From Eledone cirrhosa (lineage: Eukaryota), in NCBI GenBank assembly GCA_964016885.1, contig OZ024740.1:61132001-61196000 (forward strand): a DNA stretch of 64,000 nucleotides. The letters are read 5' to 3'. Under the pieces are notes generated by a model that was given only the letters and a program-made list of their open reading frames with translations, had not been told where the DNA came from and did not search any database. The stretch's first letter is position 1, and each line of letters begins with the position of its first letter. Positions 51,600 through 64,000 of the stretch are shown here, piece by piece. Both the position numbers and the translations under genes were made by a program.

Positions 51600-52900
51600 T
51601 ACTTCTGTTGCATTCATTTCACTTGCATGAGAAGGTGAGATCCTCATATTATGGAATATCGCCAGGCTTTTCGATCCTGAGTCATCTCCTTTGTGAGGTT
51701 TAGCTGCATCCCAGGTTTTCCTAGGTCTTCCTCTTCCAAAGGTTCCTTTGACTTTAAACACCTTGCATTTCTTTGTGCAACTATCATCCTTCATACACAT
51801 TACATGTCTATACCATTGCAGTCTCCTCTCCTGCACACTGCCTAGTATGCCCAATTTTTCTCTCAGCTCATTGATATTTCGTCACTCATGTATACTACTA
51901 TTGCACATCCATTAGAGCATGCTTGCATCATTTATTTTCAATTTTCATAAGTCCTCCATACACAAAACTCAAGCCTCGCTACCATGTAGCATTACTCTTC
52001 AAATACAAACATTATACAGATTGCCTTTCACTCTGAAGGAGAGAACCTTTTTAGCAATTTTCCCAACAAGTCCTTACTTTGGCTACTGTACTTTCAGAAC
52101 AACCACCCCAACTGCTAATTTGGCCCCCTAAATAGCAGAAACTGTTGACTATTTCTAAGGAGCCCTCTGAACATTTATTTCCTGTGCTCATGGGGCTTAA
52201 CAGTCTCTCATAACGACACTTCCATGCTTCTTTCTTCTCAGCGTCAGTGAGGGCAAGTGTGTCCCTGTCATTTCAGACACATTCCTCTTGAACATCTTGA
52301 TTTTCCTTCACACACTCCCTTGCAATCTTGAAAACCTCATGCTCATGGTCCTCATGGAGCAGAACATGTGCAAACTTCTTGTTTTCTGCTTCCCTCCTAG
52401 CTAAGTATACCTGCTGACTGGCTTCTCTTCTAGTATCTTGATACTGTTCCCTGCTTCCGTCATTTTGCCAGTCTTTCTTAATTTTAATTGCTTCATCCAT
52501 CCTTCTATTTCACCATATTATTCTGGGGCATTGTACCAGCGACTTACTTCATCAATAGACTTCAGCATGTTATCCCACAGCAATATCTAATGCTGCCAGT
52601 CTCTAACTCATTTTCCTTACCGTCATATGCATCAATCAGGGCAAGTTACTGACTGAGGTCTCCCTCAGCATCTATATCCTCTGGCAGCTGGCCTTCTGTC
52701 TCTGAGTTCACTGAGCTCTGATTCTAAAGTCGTTTATCACTAAGTTATTTTAAAATCACTTATCAGTTATGAGAGATAGATCATCAGCATATAAAAACTC
52801 CCATGGATAAAAAGTTATGAATTCCTCTGTTATGGCCTAGAGGACTATGATAAACAGGAGGAGGTAGATGGCTGAGCCTTGATGGACTCCCAGCTGCATA
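51600..52900 (-). mobile_element. Decayed, internally deleted RTE LINE
   Basis: QERRLQWYRHVM...GRGRPRKTWD, QVYLARREAENKKF...FKIARECVKEN and GVHQGS fragments. Confidence 0.85.
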
Positions 52901-52929
52901 CTGTCAGAGATTGTTGAATGAGGAGATTG

Positions 52930-54060
52930 AAAGAATGAAGGTCTACCCCAAGTAGATCCAACTGAGAGACAAGTCATCAACTTTGACAGCAGTATAGTAG
53001 ATAAAGCAATTAAGAATAGGAAGGTAGGGAAAACAGTCAGCCCATCAAGGATTCTTGCCAAGGTAATTATACTATCTGGTGGATTATGTCATAAGCTAGT
53101 CACCTGCATAGTTAATTAGGTAGTACAAGAAGGTGTCATACTCAATGACTGGTGTAGCAGCATCATTGTCATCTGCTATAAAAACAAAGGAAATGCACTA
53201 GAGAGAGGAAATTACTGAGGTATCAAACTGTTAGATTAAGTTATGAAGGTCATAGAAAGAGCTATTGCACCATTAATTAGAGACAGACTTAATCTTGATG
53301 AGATGTAGTCTGGCTTTGTGACTGAGAGAAGCATTATTGATGCTATCTTCCTAGACAGCTGCAAGAGTAGTGTCTAGCATTCATTGACTTGGAAAAGGCC
53401 TTTGACAGAATCTGGCATTCTGTAATTTGGTTTTTACTTCGGAAGCTAAGGATATAGTAATGGTTCACAAGGGCTGTACAAGCTATGTACAGCAGTACAA
53501 TGAGCAAGGTAAGAGTTGGTAACAATTACAATGACTAAACTAGTTTGCAGGTGGGATTCCACCAATTCTCAATCCTCTGCTGGCAACAGAGGGCTTTTTC
53601 TCAGAGTGACGGGCAGATTATATGATGCAAGTGTTTGATCTGCAATGTTGTATGGCAGTGAGACAAAGGCCACAAGTGCAGAAAATGTGTGGTAGCTAAA
53701 AGGAAATGAAGCATGCATACTTTGTTAGAAGTATAATGCCAGTGTACATGAACAACTGAACACAAGTCTAGTGAGAAGAAAGTTGAGTATAAGCAGAATT
53801 GAATGTAGTATGCAAGAGATACATTCCTACTGGCATGGTCTTATAATGTATAAGGAAAGTGAAGGTTGTATAAAAAAAGCAGTTGTAGTGGATGGAACCT
53901 GTGGAAAAGAGAGACCAAGGAAGACATAGGAGAAAATTGTGAAGAATTACCTCAAGAAACTGAACCTCATGAAGGATATGACAGAGGTCCTAGCTGACTG
54001 GCAATATTCCATAATATAAAAGACCTATCTGCCAGTACAAGCACTACAATACTAAAAATA
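52930..54060 (+). mobile_element. Decayed RTE LINE fragment (RT half)
   Basis: Degenerate CYKNKGNALERGNY, FIDLEKAFDRI, MLYGSET and RPRKT motifs on the plus strand. Confidence 0.8.
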
Positions 54061-55129
54061 AGTGAGGCTACAGAGGCTACAGAGTTTGGCAATCAAATAG
54101 AGAAAATATAAGGTTTGAATTAACTCTTTAGTCTGGCCAAGCATGGGGCAACCTCTCTAATAAAATTCACCTACTACACTTTGTAAGATGTTAGTGTTGG
54201 TTCCATAATAAAATTCACTTTGTCCACTCTGTAAAGTGATAGTACTGGTGTCATGAATATCCTGTAAAATCATTGACTTTAGGAAGGGTGTCCAGCCATA
54301 AAAACTATGACATATATGGAATGTATGTACAAAATGCATCAATCTGATCCATTTGGTCTTGGACTGTGTCAACCTATCCAATCCATGCAAAATGATGATG
54401 GTGATTATATATATATACTTGCATATAATAATCATCATCATCGTTTTAATGTCTGCTTTCCCTGCTAGCAAGGGTTGGACGAGTCTACATAGACCAAGTC
54501 AGTACTGAAGCAGGGCTACTGACCTCCCAGACCGGCTAGGAGTCTGTTATCTTTCTTATGTACAATCTCACATTCTACTGATTGCACAAGAGAGGTTGTC
54601 GTGTCTTTGACACAACTGAAGGGGCATCCCTACCCTTTGTTTGGCAAACTTTCTACAGTTGGATGCCCTTCCTATCACCAACCACTTTACAGCATGTACT
54701 TGGTGCATTTATCATGTAGATCACCAACATTAGGGAGGCCTCCATGTCCCTTACCTGACTGAAGGGTTTTCCCAACCCTTTGTTTGGCAAATTTTCTATA
54801 GTTGGATGCCCTTCCTATCATCAGCCATTTTACAGCATATACTTGAAGTGTTTATCATGTAAATTATCAACACTCGGGAGGTTGCCATACCATGGCATGA
54901 CTCCATTTGACCCTTTTCTTTTTCCAAAGCGATGTGAACACTGAATCGGTCGGGGTGGTACTCATCAGGGCCAGAAATGGGGAAGTGTAGTGATGGAGGT
55001 AATAGCTAATGATTGATAGTGGATGGGGAATGGGTGAGGTGCAGAGAATAGATCCTAGGGTGTAATAGAGGGAAGTGGTGGGGTGGTACTCACCATTGCC
55101 AGGAATGGTGAGGCGAAGTGATGGCGGGA

Positions 55130-58060
55130 ATAGCATATATATATGTATATGCTGGACAGATCATTCTCAGCACAGTATCTCTCCACTCACCGTGCTTCTT
55201 CATCATCTCCTCTGTGAGTCTCAGCGATTTAAGGTTAGCTCTCACCACTTCTGCTAAGGTCTTTCTTGGTCTACTTCAACTGTGACTTCCTTCCACTGAC
55301 ATTTCCTGGCATTTATTTACCCATCGGTCATCATCCATGCGTATCACATGTCTGTACTAACGCAGTCTTCTCTCCTGCACAGCACCTCGGATTCCTCTAA
55401 TACCCAGGTTCTCTCTCAGTTCTTCCAAGCTCTGCCTTTCTCTCATGTTTACATTGTACATACAACAAAGCATGACTGCTTCATATTTCTCCAGTCTAAG
55501 CATGTCTTCTGCAGTCACTGCCCATGTTTCATTACTATGCAGCATCACACTTCACATACAGGCCTCATACAGTGGGTTTTTTGTACATAGGGAGAAACCT
55601 TTTGTTGTCAACAATGGGAATAGCTCTCTAAACTTCTTCCATCCTATCCTTATTCTGACTATTATGCTCTCAGAGCACCCTCCTCCACTGCTAATTAAGT
55701 CACCTAGATAGCAGAAGCTATTAAGCACTTCTATGGGCTCTTCCTATAACTTGAAAAGGTTTATATCACTACCATTCTTTCCCTAGATTACTCCTGTGTA
55801 TCTTCTACATACAAAGTCTTCCTTTCCTGTTAGTCTACTCATTATCCCACTTCATCTCATGTGTACCCGAGATTTACATTGTGTACACCATATAGAGTTT
55901 ATACCTACTCCTTTTCTACATATGGAGCAGGGCTGCTTCCCTAAAGAGATCAGGGTCCTATCTCCTTTCCTATTCAATATCACTTTAGTTTACCCTCAGG
56001 CCCTTTGATTCCAAATTCTGTTTCCTTAGACAGAACTTATTTTTGTAGTTCTTTCATGGATTCGGCTATAAGTTCCCATAGACAGCCAATTTTAAACTCC
56101 TCTATTATAGCCTAGAGGACTATGATGAACAGCAGTGGGCTAAGAACTAAACCTTGATGAACTTCTACCTGTACCTTGAATTCTTCACTAAACTCATTTC
56201 CTACTCTCACTTTACTGACAGCTCCTCTGTACATGGCATGCACTGCTCTCACAAGCCATTCTTTTACACCTAATTTTCTTAAGGATACCAGATAACAGAT
56301 TGAAGTACTCTAGATCAACAAAAGCAAAATAAAGTGGCTTATTTTTGGCTAGAAACTTCTGTAGTTACCTCACTAAAAAGAGGGCACCAGTACTACTTGT
56401 CCCAGGCATGAAACCAAACTGCATCTCATCTAACTTGACTCTTTCCCTAATTAGCTGCGTTATAACTCTTTCTGTCATTTTGATAACTTGATCCATTAGT
56501 TTTATATCTCTGTAGTCGCTCCTTTTAAGAGCATCACCTTTGCCCCTGTTGCAATCTATCATTGTACTGCTGCACCAGTCATTGGGGATGACTGTCATGT
56601 ATTACCTGATTGATTATACAGGTTACTAGTTCAACACCTACTCCTTCCAATGCTTTTAGCAACTATTTGATGGTCCTGCAGCTTTACCCTTCATTTGATT
56701 GCGTCATTGACCCTATATCTGTCAAGTTCAATAGCTGGTCCTTCTGTTGAGTAAGTTGGGGGTAGTTTCTCTTCTCCTCATTCATACTCTACATTCATCA
56801 ATCTCTCAAAGTAACATTTGCAGGCCTCTTTCTTTTGGTAATCTGTGATGTTAAGTGTACCAGTGTCATTTCTAACACATTTTCCCCCCAACAACATCTC
56901 AATTTACACTATGCATTGCAATGCAAAGCACATCATGTCTCTGGTCCTTATGTCTCATGACATTGGCAAACTTTTTTTCATCCTCACTCCGGACTGTGTA
57001 TACATGTCATCTAGCTTCTCTCTTAGCAATGTGGTACCGGTCTCTGCTACCCTCATTTTTCCAGATTTTCCATGCCCGTCTCTTGGCTTTAATGGCTCTA
57101 TCCACTGTGCTGTTCCACCATCAGGTCACCCTCTGTTTAGCTGGTGCTTACTCCAGCCACAAGTCTCGTCAGTGGTTTGCAAAAGGTTGTCACATAGGAA
57201 TTTCCAGTTGTCCTCTACATTATGTGTACCTAGTTCATCACCCCTTTCTAAACCTATATTTAACTGAAAGCTCCTTTAGCTTCCAAACCCTCTGTATTTT
57301 CCTGCGTATCTTGTTTTGTCTTGTGTTTATTTTGATGTCGCTAATAACTAACTTGTGCTGGGCAGTGCATTCTTCCCAAGAGAAGGCCTTAGTGTTTATT
57401 ACAGTCCATTTATCTCATTGTCTTATGAGTAAGTAATAAATTTGGCTTGTGTGTTCTCTTGATTGATATGGAATCAGGGGCTGGCTGGTTTCCTGAAATT
57501 TGTGTTGCAAATGGTTAGTTCATTTATATCACAAAATTCCAGGAATCTCAATCACTCTTCATATTTTGAGCTATAACCATAGCTGCCGTAGGTTCCACTG
57601 AATCCATCCTGCTACTGTCTCACATGTCTATTGAAGTCACCTGCCAGGACAATGGGGTCTCTTTCTTGTATACCTGAAATTGTCTGTAAAAGTTCCTCAT
57701 AGAGACTGTCCTTTTGATCCTTACTTAGTCCTGCCTGTGGAGCCTAGGTAGATATAATTGTCACCAGCCTATTTCCTACAGTTAATCTAAGCTTGATGAT
57801 TCTGTCATTTACTCTAACTACCTATATCACTTTATCTATCCATTTCTCAGCGAGTAGGATGTTTACACCTCCTACTCCATCGTCATTTCCAACCCAGTAG
57901 AGTTTATATCTTTGTTGTTTGACTGTGATTAGTCTCACAGAGGCATCCCTCCATCTCACTTCTTGTACACAGCATACATCTACTTTTCTTCCCTCTAACA
58001 GTTCCACAATTTCACCTGATTTACCTTTCAGGTTGCCAACATTGAGGGTGCAATCCTGAG
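55130..58060 (-). mobile_element. Near-full-length but heavily decayed RTE LINE (same group as 1195-4670)
   Basis: ELLEGRKVDVCCVQEVRW, KGDALKRSDYRDIKLMDQV, PHD remnant (CSICRKGVGINSIWCTQC) and MLHSNETW...QERRLR; many stops. Confidence 0.9.
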
Positions 58061-59195
58061 ATTTGTACCTTGGCAGTTGCTATTATTTCTATGTACTTGA
58101 AAGGGAAAAAGGCTGAACTATTGCTTGATGATGGTCAAGAGGTTCTCGCACATGGCTACTCAAGCCACCCCACTACCAAGTGTATCACTAACATGACTAG
58201 TGTTAGCCCTGTATATGCAATTATTGAAAATCGTATTTGTGCTTGTCATATTTTTGGCAGGGTCTTTCTGGCTGGATGCTATTCCTATCAGCAACCACTT
58301 TACAACATGGACTGGGTGCATTATTTGTGGCACCAGCATTAGAGAGGTTGTCGTACTGGACTCACGAATCCTTGCCACCCTATATCAGTTTTTTTTTATT
58401 TGTAGTGTCTACTTTTCAAGATGGATTGCCTCCACTACAGCTTATGGAGTCCATGTCTGGCTCATGCAGTTATTATTTATCAGAGTCACTGCTTTCCTAG
58501 ACGGGTTGCCTTCACTATGGCTACGGAGTCCCCATCTGCCCTGTGCAGTCATTTTCAATCGGAGTCATTACCCTCCTGGACAGGTTGCCTTCACGGTGGC
58601 TTATGGAGTCCATGTCTGACACGTACAATCTTTTTGACTTTGGTGATGTAACAGAATAGGTGAGGAAGAAAAAGAAGAGGAAGCATTTAAAAATCATTGA
58701 ACATTGAAATAAACGAGTGGGGAACTTCAAAAAGAGAAAGAGAAAGTGTGGAAAATTAATTCAAAATATAGTTTGAATAGTCTTATCTTTTCGTGGCTGG
58801 ATTTCTTTTTAACTTCGTCGGTTTTTACTTTGATAAAGATGACAGACAGAACAGGAGCACCACACGTAGTTTACTTGTTTAGAATGAATCGAGACTACGG
58901 ATAGGGGAAGGGGGTAATAGTGTTCATAGGGCCATGAAGTTAGTTGAGGAAGAAAATATATCATCCTTGTCATTTAAACATCTGCTTACCCTGCTAGCAA
59001 GACAGTTTAGCTGATGTTTATTTGTGTAACACTAAATCTTTTGACCAACTCAAAGCAATTAGTTGAACTAATTGTATTGGAATCAAGCAACATGGTTACA
59101 TAATAGTAGATTGTTATATGATTCCAGTTGGCTTTGAGCTGTTGTGAAACATGTGTCATGTGAATAAACCTTTGTTAAACTGTAATTTCACTTAC

Positions 59196-59233
59196 CAAAT
59201 TTTTTTATACACATGTAATGTATCCTGTACAAT
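59196..59233 (-). other. Candidate 38-nt internal exon of an unidentified gene
   Basis: ttttacag|attgtacagg...aaatttg|gtaagt; two open frames (IVQDTLHVYKKI or LYRIHYMCIKKF). No homology recognised. Confidence 0.25.
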
Positions 59234-59841
59234 CTGTAAAATTGCTGATGATTGAATGGAGACATGTTAGTATAGAGAGATCTTTAGTCTTATTGGAGAA
59301 TTGACAACCTCCCAAGTGCTATTACCATGATAAAATACACCCAGTACTCTCTGTTAGGTGATTGATGTTAGAAAGGCCATTCAACCATTCAACCATGCCA
59401 AAATCAATAACATAAGTGAGACGTGGTCTCTCCAACCCATCTAGGAAAACAAAAACTCTGAATAAGAACTAATTCAGACTGTAATAACTCATCCAACCCA
59501 TGCTAGCATGGAAAATAGACATGTGTGTGTGTGTGTGTAAACGCACACACATATACACTTAAATGTTGAAATGCCGAAGGCAACTTTAAATAAATATGTT
59601 TATTCACATATAAATACTTTTAAACAATGATTATATCAATAGTTTTTAAGTGGTGCTAGAGTTTACTGAATTAATACAAACATAGCCATTTTCAATTTCT
59701 AGGGATAGTCACCTGCAGAAGTGGTTGAATGATGCCTTCATAGCCTTTTTCCTTTGTTCTTTTTGTCTTTTTTTTCATTTGACCATATATATAGCATGTT
59801 GTTTTTGTTTTTCTGTTCCCTTGCTCAATACGCACACACAT

Positions 59842-59881
<40 letters not shown>

Positions 59882-61631
59882 TATATCATTATCAACATCA
59901 TCTTTATCATTTTTATGTCTGTTTTTCAAGTTGGCATGGATTGGGCAGGTTGTCACATTCTGAAGCTAGACTGGTCATGTGACCATTTCTTGGTTATATG
60001 TTCCACATTTAGCATGATTTATACAGCTGGAGCCCTTCTATCATCAATCACCTTACAGGGTGTACTAGATACATTTTTCGTGGCACCAGCAGCACACTTT
60101 ACAGAGTGGACTTGATGTATTTTATCGTAGCACCATCACTAGAGAGATTGTAACATAATCGTCCAGACTGAAGAGTTCTATACTGTCTCTCGCTGAAGAA
60201 GCATTATAGAATATGCTATGTAATGTCTCAATAGAATGCATAACCACTGTGAAGATGGATACAGCTGTAACTATCTCATCACTCTGTATTAAAGAAACTA
60301 ATCTTTGTGTGACATTAATGTTATGTCAACAACCCAGAATGATGAAAAGTAAAGTTGTCTGTGACAGTATTTGAACTCAGTCAGAATAAATACTGCAAAG
60401 CAGTTTGTACAATGATCTAACGATTTTTCCAATCCACCACACTTATTATCATTATTATTATTGTTGTATAGGGTGTTGGATTGGCAGTATAGGTAGAGAG
60501 TCGGACAATATGCTTCGTGGCATAGAGTTACGTCCCTTTGCATTCTGATTCAAATCCTGCTGAGGTTAGCTTTGCCTTTCATCCTTACAGGATCAATAAA
60601 ATAAAGAACCAGTAACGCACTGGGGTTGCTTTAATCGACTTTCCCCTCCCTTTCAAATTGCTGGCCTTGTGCCAAAATCAGAAACCATTATTATTGTTGT
60701 TGTTTCCAACATAGACAGTTGAATGTAAATGTTCACTTAATTAGATAGATCCCAATATTTGACCGATACTTGCTATATCACCCCACACCATGTCTCCCAG
60801 TGCAAAGTAAACACTGGCAGGATTTGAGCACAGGATATAAGTGGATGCAACTAAATACAGAAAGTCTTTGTTTGTTTCTCTATAGATTCTTTTATCACTC
60901 ATCCTTATGTAAATTCTTTTTCTTCTTCACCCACTTATTCCTGAGAGGGCCGCAGGAGCAGAGTCCTCAAACATGACTTCCAGTAGGTCCTGTCAGAAGC
61001 AACCGTCTCCAACTGATTCGGCTGGATCCCCAAGGGAGACCATCCAAGCTCATGGACATTATCCAACCAGGAAACTAAGAAATATTTTGTCAGTTCTTTT
61101 ATATGGGAGCGCATGTTATTTCCTCATCATCATCATCATTTAACTTCTATCTTCCATGCTAGCATGGGTTAGATGGGAATTGTCCCACTTGAGGCAAGAT
61201 TGATTGGGTGACCATGTCTCGCTCATATAGAACTGTATCTGGCAGGTTTTCTACAGCTGGATGCCCTTCCTAACACCAACCACATTTACAGTGTGGACTG
61301 GGAGCCTTTTTACCGTGTCTCCTACACAACCACTTTACAGTGTTGACTGGGTGCTTTTTGTCATGACACCTACACAACCACTTTAGTGTGGACTGGATGT
61401 TCTGTGGTATCAACATAACTTTACAGAGAAAGTGTAGTGTGGGTGGACGTGGGAGGATGGAGTAGGGGTAGTGGATTGGGGTATATGTTTGGTTAAGAGG
61501 TGCCTACTGGCTGTAGTTTTAACTTTAGGTTTATATATATCAAGCCCGAGCTGATCGATATAGAAACAAATTGTAATATGAAATAAAGTTTACAAAAAGC
61601 TGCAATTCTTATTGTTACTTTATATATATAT

Positions 61632-61998
61632 ACTAGCAGATGTACCCGGCGTTGCTCGGGAAATGAATGACAGCCTGAATTGTTCAAGGTTGTTTATTTC
61701 TGAGTGCATGTCAGCTAATTGGCTAGCCAATGAGGTCGCCTCAATAGCACGTGCCTAATCGGCCTAGTACTTCAAAAGTTAAAAGGAGCCTAGTATTTGT
61801 ACACAGACAGATACACACACAAAATCGATTTTTCGGCCCCAATATCGTTTTTGTCCAAAACCTGCTCTGGCATATAAGCAACATGTGTGCCAAATTTGGT
61901 TGAAATCGGCCTAGTACTTCAAAAGTTAAAAGGAGCCTAGTATTTGTACACAGACAGACACACACACACAGACCGACTTGCTTTTATATATATAGATA
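61632..61998 (+). mobile_element. HINE-like non-autonomous Helentron element
   Basis: actagcagatgtacccggcgttgctcggg start; ccaaatttggttgaaatcgg and acagacagac...ttttatatatatagat end; internal ~60-bp duplication (61757 and 61904). Confidence 0.7.
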
Positions 61999-62314
61999 TA
62001 TATATAAATGGAAAAAATGAAACGAAATTTCATTCCTCACTCTTAGTACGGCTGTTACTTAAATATAAGTATGTATACAGACGTACAGTATATACATGCA
62101 CACATATATATATGTACGCATATACATATATATATACAGACGTACAGTAGTATGTATATATATATATATACATACATGCACACGCATATACATGTACGCA
62201 TGGATTCACCGAACATTTATTATAATGCTCGGTGTGTTTGTAAACAAACATCCCGAATTAAGCCGTACAGTGTCTAGCAACCATCGTTGCTCATTTGTTC
62301 AACACTGACAATGA

Positions 62315-62357
62315 ACGCTGTACTAGTTTCAAGCTTATTAGCTATCGTCAGCAACGT
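62315..62357 (-). ncRNA. Minimal type I hammerhead ribozyme, family A
   Basis: acgttg-CTGACGA-tagctaataagctt-GAAA-ctag-TA-cagcgt. Confidence 0.9.
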
Positions 62358-62730
62358 ATACCTTCCTGCCAGATGATTGAACGTCTGAAAGTATATACTT
62401 TCCTTATGCATATTAACGGCTGAGCAGCCTAATTTGCATATCGAGTGAGTTAATATGCGTACATATATATATATGTGTGCATGTATGTATATATATATAT
62501 ACATACTACTGTACGTCTGTATACATATATATATGTACGTATACATACTTATATTTAAGTAACAGCCGTACTAAGAGTGAGAAATGAAATTTCGTTTCAT
62601 TTTTTCCGTTTATCGTTTTCCGTACCCCGGCCGATTAACTCACTTGATATGCAAATTAGGCTGCTCAGCCGTTAATATGCATAAGAAAAGTATAAACTTT
62701 CAGACGTTCAATCATCTGGCAGGAAGGTAC

Positions 62731-62773
62731 ATGTTGCTGACGATAGCTAATAAGCTTGAAACTAGTACAGTGT
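62731..62773 (+). ncRNA. Minimal type I hammerhead ribozyme, family A
   Basis: atgttg-CTGACGA-tagctaataagctt-GAAA-ctag-TA-cagtgt; stem I has several G-U pairs. Confidence 0.85.
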
Positions 62774-63028
62774 TCCTTTGTCAGTGTTGAACAAATGAGC
62801 AACGATGGTTGCTAGACACTACGGCTTAATTCGGGATGTTTGTTTACAAACACACCGAGCATTATAATAAATGTTCGGTGAATCCATTCGTACATGTATA
62901 TGTGTGTGCATGTATGTATATATATATACATACTACTGTACGTCTGTATATACATATGTGTGCATGTATGTATATATATATACATACTACTGTACGTCTG
63001 TATACATATATATATGTACGTATACATA

Positions 63029-63131
<103 letters not shown>

Positions 63132-63255
63132 ATGTATATATAATGCATTTTGCAATACCCTTTATGCTTAATTAAAAGCATTTTGAAGACCGTATGCTAT
63201 TGTTTTAGAGTAGTGACAAATTCACTTACTTTAATCTCAGCAAACAGGGGAGATA

Positions 63256-63300
63256 AGCCGACAAGGTCTTGTTTCGCTTTTGTTGAAGCTTATCAAGGCT
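63256..63300 (-). ncRNA. Type I hammerhead, family E (U3-A8 core)
   Basis: agcc-TTGATAA-gctt caacaa aagc-GAAA-caagaccttg-TC-ggct. Confidence 0.8.
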
Positions 63301-63313
63301 AACTACCCCTCCT

Positions 63314-63356
63314 GCCTTGATAAGCTTCAACAAAAGCGAAACAAGGCCTTGTCGGC
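63314..63356 (+). ncRNA. Type I hammerhead, family E (U3-A8 core)
   Basis: gcc-TTGATAA-gcttcaacaaaagc-GAAA-caaggccttg-TC-ggc. Confidence 0.82.
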
Positions 63357-63629
63357 TTATCTCCCCTGTTTGCTGAGATTAAAGTAAGTGAATTTGTCAC
63401 TACTCTAAAACAATAGCATACGGTCTTCAAAATGCTTTTAATTAAGCATAAAGTGTATTGCAAAATGCATTATATATACATCCATATATATATTGCTATT
63501 TCAGAGCTCCAATTCTAATTTTTAATTTCTGCCTGACCAACAATCGCTCTGTATAATCAGTTCCTGATTATTTACTAGAATTCTATAAGAATATAACACC
63601 AGTAATCTCAGTAGACAGGAGGGGTAGTT

Positions 63630-63674
63630 AGCCTTGATAAGCTTCAACAAAAGCGAAACAAGGCCTTGTCGGCT
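63630..63674 (+). ncRNA. Type I hammerhead, family E (U3-A8 core)
   Basis: agcc-TTGATAA-gcttcaacaaaagc-GAAA-caaggccttg-TC-ggct; GUC cleavage triplet; stem III is the perfect palindrome ACAAGGCCTTGT. Confidence 0.85.
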
Positions 63675-63834
63675 TATCTCCCCTGTTTGCTGAGATTAAA
63701 GTAAGTGAATTTGTCACTACTCTAAAACAATAGCATACGGTCTTCAAAATGCTTTTAATTAAGCATAAAGGGTATTGCAAAATGCATTATATATACATCC
63801 ATATATATATTGCTATTTCAGAGCTCCAATTCTA

Positions 63835-63880
<46 letters not shown>

Positions 63881-64000
63881 ATGTGTTTATATCTTTATGT
63901 ATGTACATGTATGTGTGTGCATATATATATATATGTGTGTGTATATACAGACCTCACACACATGGATCATAATCTTAAGCAGAAAATAAAACAAGATTGA

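Overview
AT-rich, repeat-dense eukaryotic genomic DNA, most likely an octopus or other cephalopod. That assignment is inferred from the (TA)n/(CA)n density, the tRNA-derived SINE families and the RTE and Penelope content. Most six-frame ORFs are microsatellite or antisense noise. Real coding content: (i) the first coding exon of a secreted sulfatase, probably N-acetylglucosamine-6-sulfatase (41946-42086, minus); (ii) a nearly intact RTE LINE with a PHD-like finger inside its RT (~1195-4670); (iii) a Penelope-like element (RT + GIY-YIG) with ~1.2-kb inverted arms (43211-47775) and a second GIY-YIG remnant; (iv) decayed RTE, CRE and mariner fragments, MITEs and Helentron/HINE-like repeats. The most striking hidden signal is a set of at least five sequence families of minimal type I hammerhead ribozymes (about 12 copies plus decayed ones). 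Two of these sit in small non-coding units (~430-450 nt and 317 nt) that occur as tandem, circularly permuted and fold-back copies inside (TA)n tracts. They look like retrozyme-type or Penelope-dependent non-autonomous elements, and one carries a compensatory U3-A8 catalytic-core variant. All coordinates and structures were read by eye.
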